Assembly: GCA_963796105.1 (NCBI GenBank)
Contig: CAWCKJ010000003.1
Coordinates: 672,001 to 736,000, forward strand
Origin: a candidate division FCPU426 bacterium
GTDB lineage: Bacteria > Oederibacteriota > Muellerivitia > Muellerivitales > Muellerivitaceae
Direction: 5' to 3'
Length of the DNA: 64,000 bases
Part shown: positions 33,564 through 42,138 of the stretch, one piece after another
Numbering within the stretch: the first letter of the stretch is position 1
Layout: each line of letters opens with the position of its first letter
Notes under the pieces: generated by a model
The model's input: the letters and a program-made list of their open reading frames with translations, nothing else
Told to the model about the DNA's origin: nothing
The model's database searches: none
Made by a program: the position numbers and the translations under genes

Positions 33564-34952
33564 TTATTTGTTTCCTGTGGGCGGAAGAGCTGGTAAATCC
33601 AGATCAGAAGTTCCAGCAGCAGGCAGGGGTGCGGTTCCGTTATTTGAAGCGGCAGGAGAATTCAAATCCTCCAATGGGGGAATTCCTTGGTTTGAAGTGG
33701 AGTTCAACGGAGGCAATAACGGAGCATTGCTGTCCGGAGGCATCATGGAATTATTGTCATTTGAAATCGGGGGCACAGGCAACGAAGGATTTGATGAAGG
33801 TGCTTGATTATTGGAATTAGGTAAATCCGGCAGGGCTAAAGAGGCTGAATTAGAAGTCAGGTTGGATCCAGTACTTGGAAGCAGCGGTACCATGCTTTCA
33901 TTTCCTGCGGGTGCCGGTTGCCCACTGGGTAAAGGCGGTAAATCAAGAGCATTTCCGGTCGTGGAGGATGGGTTATTAGGCTCGGGAAGTGGTGGAACTC
34001 CAATACCGCTATCATTCACCGTAGGTGGCAAAGCCGGAATTTCATTAAGTGCAGGAGGTAAAGTGGGGGCCTGTTGTGTTCCCGAATTATTCAAATCGGG
34101 CAAAGCGGGTGGCTCTTGGTTGTTTTCGTTTGGTGGATTCAAAGAAGGAAATTCATTATTTCCAGAAGTAGCCGGACCAACGGGTTGCAATGTGGAAACA
34201 TTATCCATCGGGAGAGGGGGTAATCCACCAGCATTAGAACCATTCTCCATGGGATTTTGGTTAATTGTTGGGTTAGTCCCGTTATCTGGTAAAAGCGGCA
34301 GTTCACCCGGGGAAAGGGTAGAGCTCATTCCAGGAAGGGGAGGTAAGTTGTTGTTAGTTGAAAGGGGTGTTGTATTACCAGGTAAGGGAGGCATAGTAGA
34401 AGGATTTGTTTTTACGCCCTGAGTCGTTGAACCAATAACAGGAGGAGCAGGCTTCTTCTTAGCCCCAACGTTTTTATGAAACCGTCCCATATCAGGTTCT
34501 ACGGAAAGATTTGCCGGCAGAATCCTTTTAATTTCCTCAGTGATTTTTTCCGCCACCAAATTATCCGACGGGTCAACTGTCAACTCTATAAACTCAAAAG
34601 TGGATGTGTAACGCTGAACTTCACTCACTTTAATAAATCCAACCGGATCACCTTTAGGAGTGAACAAGGCAAAAACATCTCCCTTCACAACTCCGGCCAA
34701 GCTGCCTTTATCAATATAATTTCCGCTGTATTGTTTTCCCGGGGTTCCTCTTAATGCGATCACTTGAGCGCCAAGAAAGGGATGATTAAAATGGTGAATG
34801 AAAAGATTTCGTAATGCTACTTTCGTTTTCACGGAATAGGGTAAATCGGTCCCCGTGGATGCCCCAAGCCCGTAAAGCGCATTTGAAACCGCTGGAATTA
34901 AACTTAGGGCGGATAGCAAAAACAAAAACGAAGAAAGCGGGCGGAATTTCAT
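33564..34952 (-). CDS. Secreted protein with FlgT-C-like domain and Pro-rich PxLP-repeat tail
   Basis: Signal peptide; YIDKGSLAGVVKGDVF...VGFIKVSEV; repeated LPPLP-like motifs; start set at ATG 34952. Confidence 0.65.
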   Translation of the reverse strand: MKFRPLSSFLFLLSALSLIPAVSNALYGLGASTGTDLPYSVKTKVALRNLFIHHFNHPFLGAQVIALRGTPGKQYSGNYIDKGSLAGVVKGDVFALFTPKGDPVGFIKVSEVQRYTSTFEFIELTVDPSDNLVAEKITEEIKRILPANLSVEPDMGRFHKNVGAKKKPAPPVIGSTTQGVKTNPSTMPPLPGNTTPLSTNNNLPPLPGMSSTLSPGELPLLPDNGTNPTINQNPMENGSNAGGLPPLPMDNVSTLQPVGPATSGNNEFPSLNPPNENNQEPPALPDLNNSGTQQAPTLPPALNEIPALPPTVNDSGIGVPPLPEPNNPSSTTGNALDLPPLPSGQPAPAGNESMVPLLPSTGSNLTSNSASLALPDLPNSNNQAPSSNPSLPVPPISNDNNSMMPPDSNAPLLPPLNSTSNQGIPPLEDLNSPAASNNGTAPLPAAGTSDLDLPALPPTGNK

Positions 34953-35015
34953 GAAAACCTCGGAAAAGGTAAGTTTATAATCTAAACACAGCACGCTTAT
35001 AATAATCAAAAAACA

Positions 35016-35052
35016 AAAAAAGAGGGGATTTTTTTGTAAAAAATCCCCTCTT
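35016..35052 (-). terminator. Intrinsic terminator after the PorV-like gene
   Basis: AAGAGGGGATTTTTT-TGT-AAAAAATCCCCTCTT with adjoining A-run. Confidence 0.75.
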
Positions 35053-35075
35053 CAAATCAGATTGATTTATAAAAC

Positions 35076-36035
35076 TTAAAGGCGGGTAATGAGCGAAAGA
35101 TAATGGATTCCACCGATGGAATTGCTAACAAATGCGTAATCCACCTCGAATAAGTATGCCCAAATGCCAACCCCTGCAGAAGGAGTAAAGGAATCATTAT
35201 CAAATTGCAATCCCTTTGTTTCAAATCCGCCCCGAATGGCCACAAATTGACGGTACCAATATTCCACGCCAAAATGATAATTATTAAGAGCTTCACCGGC
35301 ATAAAGTGTATCCGCATCCAAATTAACGGTTAAAGTACTCATGGGGACCTGGGTATTGTTTGATTGCTGGCGTTTTCCCAATTCTTGGCAATAAGAAAGC
35401 CCCAGCGTTAAAGATGGTTGTAATACCTGAGTGGGATGAGTATTTGTGTTCTGCCATGTAATATAAGAACCGCCCGTGATGTCCCGGCCAACCAAAGCGA
35501 TCGTAAATTCCTTGACGGGTTTAAACATAACACCTAAGTCGGAACCAATACCAAATGCTGATGCAGTATATGCATCGGTCTTTAAAAATTTAATTGTCCC
35601 TCCAAGGGTAAACTGTTTTCCAATTTTCCAGCCTCCCGATAAGAAACCGAATTGATCAACATAGGAAGTGGAACCCGTAATTTGTCCTTGTTGGTTAGTA
35701 ATATCAATATTATCCACTCCCAGTCTTCCATAACTTAAGGCATAAGACCCAGCCGATTGCGTTTTAAAAGCTAAATTGACAAAGTCGTATGTTTGAAGAT
35801 CATTTTGGGGAGAATGCATGGTAGTTATTTCTATATCGTCAATCAACGCTAAGCCAGCCGGATTCCAATAAGCCGCTGTTGCGTCATTAGCATCAGCTGC
35901 GAAAGCCCCTCCCATCGCTAATGGTCTTGCCCCGGCCCCTTTTGTCAAAACCTCCGCAGCGTAATATGTTGTATCGGCATAGACCGCGAAGGGAATTGAA
36001 ACCACCAAAAAAGATAAAATCAATACCGTATTCAT
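35076..36035 (-). CDS. PorV/PorQ (UPF0164)-like outer-membrane beta-barrel
   Basis: GARPLAMGGAFAADANDATAAYWNPAGL, GVEYW, VDYAF; start set at ATG 36035. Confidence 0.8.
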   Translation of the reverse strand: MNTVLILSFLVVSIPFAVYADTTYYAAEVLTKGAGARPLAMGGAFAADANDATAAYWNPAGLALIDDIEITTMHSPQNDLQTYDFVNLAFKTQSAGSYALSYGRLGVDNIDITNQQGQITGSTSYVDQFGFLSGGWKIGKQFTLGGTIKFLKTDAYTASAFGIGSDLGVMFKPVKEFTIALVGRDITGGSYITWQNTNTHPTQVLQPSLTLGLSYCQELGKRQQSNNTQVPMSTLTVNLDADTLYAGEALNNYHFGVEYWYRQFVAIRGGFETKGLQFDNDSFTPSAGVGIWAYLFEVDYAFVSNSIGGIHYLSLITRL

Positions 36036-36590
36036 TTTTTTTGGAATCACAGCTATTCTCCTCTCACTTATACAAATTATTTGGGCATCGCTGTTCAAAA
36101 GTTTAACAACCAAATTTTGAAAATTCAACTTTAATAGACTTCAACAGTCTTTTAAATTCCGGAATTTTCACCGATGCCATTTTAAATTTTCCGAAAAAAC
36201 AAACGGTTCGGAAAACCCGTTCAATTTCATTTTAGGCGCGACTTGGATGTGGCATCTTGTTTTCGGCCAAAGCGTCCATTTCAATCACCAATTTGCCTAT
36301 TTTAACCACCAAACAACCAGTCAACTTGAAGGGATTATTAAGCAATTCACCGCCCTTTTGGGTTCTAACCGTCACGCTTATCATAGGCCGTATTTCTGCT
36401 GAATATTCCCGTGAAAATTTCCTGGCTATAAATACGCAGTTCTAACTACAACAGACGTGCGTTTGAATATTTTTTATAAAAGCAAGGACAACTTAGGGTT
36501 TCTTTTAATTCCCCTCAATGTTCCGCCTAGAAAAATTATTTTGATAATCAGCATTCAGGTCTATTCGGGGGATTATTAATGGTCGTTTTA

Positions 36591-36620
36591 TTGACAAAAG
36601 CTTAATTCGATAGGTATAGT
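36591..36620 (+). promoter_or_regulatory. Sigma70-type promoter
   Basis: TTGACA-N18-TATAGT about 105 bp upstream of ATG 36727, which has an AAGGAG RBS. Confidence 0.6.
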
Positions 36621-36726
36621 TACCCTCGTGTTTTAATGGTTTTCCCTGTATTAGGGTGTCAAAACTTCACAAATAAAATAAATTCTAACTTGATTAGGGT
36701 TTATTCTCCAAATAAAGGAGCCTTGA

Positions 36727-39120
36727 ATGCCCGAAACTAAAATATGCAGTAAATGCGGCGCTAAAAATCCCGCCTCGAATAATTTTTGCGAACAATGTGG
36801 GACTAAGATCTCAAATCAAAGCGATATGTCGGCAGTTCAGGAAAAAAACCAAAAATCCAGTTCAACGTCCTCCAAATCAATCAAAAATACAATTCCTTTC
36901 GAAACCAAAACCGAAGAAAAAGTTTCCGCGATAAATCCATCAGGATCGGGTTTTTCTTTTTCCTGGCCGCAAATTATCTATGCTCTCCTGCTTTTAATTA
37001 CAGTATTCACCCGGTTTGATCATTTGGGTTTAAAGCCCCACCATCACGATGAAAGCATGCACGCTTTTTATTCATATCAATTGTTCAAGGACGGGGATTA
37101 CGAATACAACCCGATGATGCATGGTCCTTTTCAATTCCACGGCAACGCGTTCATGTATTATCTTTTCGGGGTATCGGACGCCACTTCCCGATATTTAGCG
37201 GCCACTTTTGGTTTGTTAACAGTTATTCTCGCCATCTTTCTCGGACCATTCCTTGGCCGGGCAGGAACACTCATCGCGACGGCTATGATCGTATTTTCCC
37301 CCAGCTTCATGTACTTCGATCGCTTCACTCGCGAGGATGCTTATATTGCCGGCGGGACCTTCGCGATGATTGTTTTCCTTTTCCGGTTTTACCGCTCCCG
37401 TAAACCACTGGATCTTTGGTTGGCTTCTCTGGGATTTATTGTTGCATTCAGCACAAAAGAATCCATGTTTATTACCATCGCCGTTATCGGTACATACCTT
37501 TTCATCCGTTTACTGCCCTGGATAGATGTATTAATAGCGGGAGGAATAACCGCGTTAGGCGTTTTATCCCAAATCGTGATATTAAAAGTTGATTCCCAAA
37601 TGCCCCAGCAACAGCGCTTGCTGTTCTTGCTTTTTCCGGCGTTGCTCGCCTTCGGATTCACCCTTTATCAGCTTTTTTCGCGCTGGAAAACAAATCAAAA
37701 ACAAACCCCCGAAAGCAAGCTTTGGGCTGTCATTAAGGGCCTTGAAATTGAAAAAATAAAATTTGACTTATTGTATCTTGGGGCTTGGTGGTTTTTATGC
37801 CTCATCATGCTAAAAACCTCATTCCTTCATCTAAACCAGCCAACTATCTTTTCGCTGATCATGCTAATCGCTTATTTCGCGGTTTTGTTCCGCTTTTGTT
37901 GGCTTTGGATGAAAAATGTTTCTCCTGCCCTGACGGGATCCATTTCTCTAGTCAGCATTGTTTTCACTCTTCTGTTTACGACCTTTTTCACGGTCGGCGC
38001 CAACGAGCCCGATTTTTTAAGCCGGATTCACCACATTTTATCGGATCTCTATCAAGGCGCCTTTGGGGGTCTGGAATATTGGTGGGGGCAACATGATGTC
38101 CATCGGGGTGATCAGCCTCCTTATTATTATTTGGTACAACTACCGGCGAACGAGACGGTTTCCTTCCTTTTCTCAATGGTCGCGTTGATTTATTACGGTA
38201 TATTTAAAAACAAGAACATGCCTCTCTTTTTAGGCTATTGGTATGTGGGTTCCCTGGGGCTCTTTTCCTGGGCCGGTGAAAAAATGCCTTGGTTGATCCT
38301 CCACCCCTTGCTTCCCTCCCTTTTGTTGACTGCTTACTTCGTGGGACAAATTTGGGAATCAAAACCGCTGACTCAGGCTTGGCGCGCGGCTCGCTCCACC
38401 GCGCTTCTCATTTTCGCCTTGTTGCTTTCATATTCCTTGCATTCCGCCATACTTTTAAGCTTTTACCATGAATGCAACCCTGTGGAGCCCTTGGTTTATG
38501 TTCAATCGGGCCCCGATTGCAAGGAAGTGGAGAGAATCATCAGGGAAATATCTTATGGAGAAACCGGGGGCCCGGACCTGTCTTTGACGATTGAGGACAA
38601 GTGTTCATGGCCTTTCGCTTGGCAATTGAGGGATTTCTCAAAACGCAACCATCCTTCCACAATCACCATGGCGGACAATCCCATCGTCCTGACCGGCACC
38701 GAGTCTGACGCACAAGCCTACCCCATCTTGAGCCAAGCTGGATATGTAAACCGCAAATACAAGCTCCGGGTATGGTGGGTGCCGTCTTGGTTTAAAAAAG
38801 GATTCCCAGGCACCGAGATGAATTTCGGCCTCTTCAGGGAGTGGTTATTCAGCAATTTCATCCCACTGCCCTGGTACAGCCCCCGTCCAGACATGGTGGA
38901 TTGGAGCGACCTGAAAAAATGGATCCTTTACAGGGAAGTTTGGTCGGATATGGGTAGCTATAACATGAGAATGTGGGTGAAGCAGGATCTGGCTCAAAAG
39001 TACGGTTTCACCGAGACCAACAGGTCCGATATCCCGGCTGATTATCCAAAAGTCGAACTAACTCCCGTTCCGACACCCGCTGGGCCCGCCATGATTCAAC
39101 ACCACAAGCATGGCAAATAA
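36727..39120 (+). CDS. TIGR03663/Agl23-like GT-C-fold membrane protein with N-terminal zinc ribbon
   Basis: CSKC...CEQC; RFDHLGLKPHHHDESMH, YNPMMHGPFQF, RFTRED, TKE, GLEYW, EKMPWL, EPLVYVQS. Confidence 0.78.
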   Translation: MPETKICSKCGAKNPASNNFCEQCGTKISNQSDMSAVQEKNQKSSSTSSKSIKNTIPFETKTEEKVSAINPSGSGFSFSWPQIIYALLLLITVFTRFDHLGLKPHHHDESMHAFYSYQLFKDGDYEYNPMMHGPFQFHGNAFMYYLFGVSDATSRYLAATFGLLTVILAIFLGPFLGRAGTLIATAMIVFSPSFMYFDRFTREDAYIAGGTFAMIVFLFRFYRSRKPLDLWLASLGFIVAFSTKESMFITIAVIGTYLFIRLLPWIDVLIAGGITALGVLSQIVILKVDSQMPQQQRLLFLLFPALLAFGFTLYQLFSRWKTNQKQTPESKLWAVIKGLEIEKIKFDLLYLGAWWFLCLIMLKTSFLHLNQPTIFSLIMLIAYFAVLFRFCWLWMKNVSPALTGSISLVSIVFTLLFTTFFTVGANEPDFLSRIHHILSDLYQGAFGGLEYWWGQHDVHRGDQPPYYYLVQLPANETVSFLFSMVALIYYGIFKNKNMPLFLGYWYVGSLGLFSWAGEKMPWLILHPLLPSLLLTAYFVGQIWESKPLTQAWRAARSTALLIFALLLSYSLHSAILLSFYHECNPVEPLVYVQSGPDCKEVERIIREISYGETGGPDLSLTIEDKCSWPFAWQLRDFSKRNHPSTITMADNPIVLTGTESDAQAYPILSQAGYVNRKYKLRVWWVPSWFKKGFPGTEMNFGLFREWLFSNFIPLPWYSPRPDMVDWSDLKKWILYREVWSDMGSYNMRMWVKQDLAQKYGFTETNRSDIPADYPKVELTPVPTPAGPAMIQHHKHGK

Positions 39121-39139
39121 AGTCGGGCTTTTACGCTGG

Positions 39140-39179
39140 TAAAAAAAGGGTTGGCCCTTTTCGCGGCCAACCCTTTTTT
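39140..39179. terminator. Bidirectional intrinsic terminator
   Basis: AAAAAAGGGTTGGCC...GGCCAACCCTTTTTT between convergent genes. Confidence 0.85.
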
Positions 39180-40704
39180 ATTTTTTAGCAGGTCTATCAA
39201 GATAGGCTGTTGTCCGATTTTCAGGGACCAGCAACTTGCCAACCACCTCTTGAATATCCTTTGGAGTCAGGGAGCGGACCATCTCGATGTACTTCAGCAA
39301 ATAACGCCAATCCCCGTGCACCGCTTGATTATAAGCGAGATCCTGAGCCAACCCCGAAGTGGAAGTCTTTCCCCATAGGAACGCGGATTCCGCTTCCCTC
39401 CGCGCCCTTTCCATTTCGTCTCTCGTGACACCGTTCTTCTTGATATCCGTCAACTCCTTCTCAATTTCTTCGATGACGAGTTTCATTTCAACCTTGGAAG
39501 CAGGCGCGAATTGGATCAGGAATAAATTCGGATTCCGGTCTCCCGGGAAACCTGTCGAGGCTGAAATGGATGAAACTATTTTATTCCCGAAAATCATGTC
39601 TTTAACGAGCCTGGAACTGTTCCCCATTGTCAGGATGGTGGAAAGGACATCCAAGGAAACCGATTCCAGGTGCGGAAAATTCGGGCAATGCCACGCCAGC
39701 ATCGCCATAGGATCAGCGTCATACTCCACATGGACGGTCTTCTGTCCCGATTGCGGCGGTTCTTGGGTCCAATCCGGCTGAAGGGCTGGTATCGAGGGGT
39801 TCGGGACACTCCCCACGGTTTTTTCGAGCAATTCAAGGATATCCTCATGCCGGACCCCGCCGACGATGGCCAGAACACCGCGATCCGGGCGGTAAGTCCG
39901 TTTATAAAATTCCTCCGCGTCGGGCCGCAAGAGTTTTTGAATATCCGCCATCCAGCCAATGGTCGGGTCCTTATAGGGACTGGCGGAAAAAGCGGTGGAC
40001 TCCAAGGCCTCGTACAATTTACCCTCTGGATTGGATTCGGTTCTCCATCGCCGTTCCTGGGCGACGACATCCCTCTCGGAATAAAACTCGCGAAAGACAG
40101 GGTGGCTGAGACGGTCCTTTTCGATTTTCGCGTACAGTTCGACGCGGTTGACGGGCAGGGTGATGGTATAGTTGGTGACATCCTGGCTTGTCCAAGCGTT
40201 CAGGCTTTGGCCGCCATAACGGGTATAAATCGCGTCCAGTTCATCCTTGACGACCCATTTCCTGTGTTCCTCCTGTAGGTTTTTCATTTCCAATGCCAGG
40301 TTTTTCAATCTTTCCAGGGAAGGCTCTATTTTTTCTCTCTCCTCATTCATTTCCCTAGCGACAACATCCATCTTGTCCAAGATGGGTTTTTCCTTCCCGT
40401 AATTACGGGTTCCGATGGTTTCGGTGCCCTTGAACATCATGTGTTCCAGCATATGGGGCAAACCCGTCTTGCCTTTGGGAGCGTCTTGGGCCCCGACCGG
40501 CTGCATATAGGAAAATGAAACAACCGGGACGCCCGGTTTCTCAACAATGAGAACACGCAGTTTATTGGGGAGAACTTTCTCAAAAACCGGCAAGGTGAGG
40601 TCATCCCCCGCTTTATTTTCCTCGGCCCAAAGAGCAAGAGGTTTATAAACCGATGAAGTGGTAATCGCCGTAAGAACGATCAGAATTTTTTTCAAGCTGT
40701 TCAT
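39178..40704 (-). CDS. M16 family (pitrilysin-like) zinc peptidase, secreted
   Basis: GLPHMLEHMMFKGT (HxxEH), LNAWTS, ERDVVAQERR, SSRL. Confidence 0.92.
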   Translation of the reverse strand: MNSLKKILIVLTAITTSSVYKPLALWAEENKAGDDLTLPVFEKVLPNKLRVLIVEKPGVPVVSFSYMQPVGAQDAPKGKTGLPHMLEHMMFKGTETIGTRNYGKEKPILDKMDVVAREMNEEREKIEPSLERLKNLALEMKNLQEEHRKWVVKDELDAIYTRYGGQSLNAWTSQDVTNYTITLPVNRVELYAKIEKDRLSHPVFREFYSERDVVAQERRWRTESNPEGKLYEALESTAFSASPYKDPTIGWMADIQKLLRPDAEEFYKRTYRPDRGVLAIVGGVRHEDILELLEKTVGSVPNPSIPALQPDWTQEPPQSGQKTVHVEYDADPMAMLAWHCPNFPHLESVSLDVLSTILTMGNSSRLVKDMIFGNKIVSSISASTGFPGDRNPNLFLIQFAPASKVEMKLVIEEIEKELTDIKKNGVTRDEMERARREAESAFLWGKTSTSGLAQDLAYNQAVHGDWRYLLKYIEMVRSLTPKDIQEVVGKLLVPENRTTAYLDRPAKK

Positions 40705-40803
40705 TCAAAAGTCTCCTTGCGAGAAAATCAATCGGGATTATAAGCTCAACTGGAATGAATCGGCTAAAATTCACCCCGTATCAACTGGCGAATTATTCGT
40801 TCT

Positions 40804-41931
40804 TCAACCTCCAAGACTTACCCCTAACAGCTTCCCCAAGCCGAAGGTGACCCCTGCCGCAAGCAGTCCCAGGATGAGTTGCCTGGTGCCGGCGAACCAG
40901 ACAGGTTTTCCAGTAAACAGCGTCCCTAAAGCCCCAAAGCCGAAAAGTCCCAGGGAACCCAATCCTATGCTGGCCAACACGGCGGATCTCCCTTCCACAA
41001 GGATAAATGGAAATACTGGTATCAATGCCCCCAGCGCGAATAAAAGGAAGGAATAAAAAGCCGCCTTCGCAGGCGATCCCCCTTTTTCATGCACATCAAT
41101 CCCCAATTCTTCCTTGACCAGGGTCTCGACAGCCCGGCTTTTATCCGAGAGCATGTGATTAGCGAGTTCCAGGGCTTGTTGGGGGGACATGCCTTTCGAC
41201 TCATAGATCAACTGCAGTTCTTCCATCTCGCCTTCGGGATTTGCCTGGTATTCCTCCTCCTCAATTTTAATTTCTCTCTCAGCCAACTCCCTGGAACTAG
41301 TGACCGATAGCCATTCGCCCAGTGCCATGGAGCATGCTCCCGCGAGAAGGCCCGCCATGCCGGTGAGCAATAACCAATGGTTGTTGACGGTAGCGCCTGC
41401 CACCCCCATCACCAGGCTCAAATTGGAGCATAAACCGTCATTGGCCCCCATGACGGAGGCCCTTAGGGTATTTCCCTCAACGTTTTTATGGCGTTTTTCG
41501 GGGTTTATGACGGAATTGGCGCCCGAGGATAAGCTTTGGACGCTTAATATCTCCCCCAGGACCAAATCATGGCCATGTTCCTCACCCACCATGGGGGTTC
41601 CCTTTGTTTCAGGCTGGGGGGCATAAAGGTTCCGATCCGCTTTTTCCCCCTCGGCAATGGTGTTTAAGACCATTCGGGGGCCGATCATTCTGGCGACCCA
41701 AGTCAGGAAGACAGCCCGCCAGGATGGTTTTCGGGCCGGGACTTTTCCGCCGGACTTTTGAATTTGGTTTTCCCAAAAATCCCTGTGCTTTTCCTCGACC
41801 CTGGCAAACCTTTTATAAACCTCGGAAATTTTTTTGTCCTTTTCCACCTTCGAGAGCGTGTGATATTGAATCGCGCTGTCCACTTCCCCTTGCCAATTCG
41901 CCAAATAACGTTTGATATCCGAAGAAGCCAT
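40804..41931 (-). CDS. VIT1/CCC1 family transporter with N-terminal ferritin/rubrerythrin-like domain
   Basis: EVDSA..Y, EEKH, EEHGH; LRASVMGANDGL, SMALGEWLS. Confidence 0.88.
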   Translation of the reverse strand: MASSDIKRYLANWQGEVDSAIQYHTLSKVEKDKKISEVYKRFARVEEKHRDFWENQIQKSGGKVPARKPSWRAVFLTWVARMIGPRMVLNTIAEGEKADRNLYAPQPETKGTPMVGEEHGHDLVLGEILSVQSLSSGANSVINPEKRHKNVEGNTLRASVMGANDGLCSNLSLVMGVAGATVNNHWLLLTGMAGLLAGACSMALGEWLSVTSSRELAEREIKIEEEEYQANPEGEMEELQLIYESKGMSPQQALELANHMLSDKSRAVETLVKEELGIDVHEKGGSPAKAAFYSFLLFALGALIPVFPFILVEGRSAVLASIGLGSLGLFGFGALGTLFTGKPVWFAGTRQLILGLLAAGVTFGLGKLLGVSLGG

Positions 41932-42138
41932 TCAAGATACCTCCCAATATTTTCTCACAAGAAAATAAGTTGAGGGATTGTGCATAAACCAGTTGTCATT
42001 GCCAATCCCATTTGATGATGCCGCCGATGAATCTCATAAAACATTATACGAAAATTTTAAAAATTAAGGCGCGGATGGTTATTTAATGAGTGGAATTTAG
42101 GCTGATGCCGAATCTGCGGAGCCCAGATGAATTCTAAC

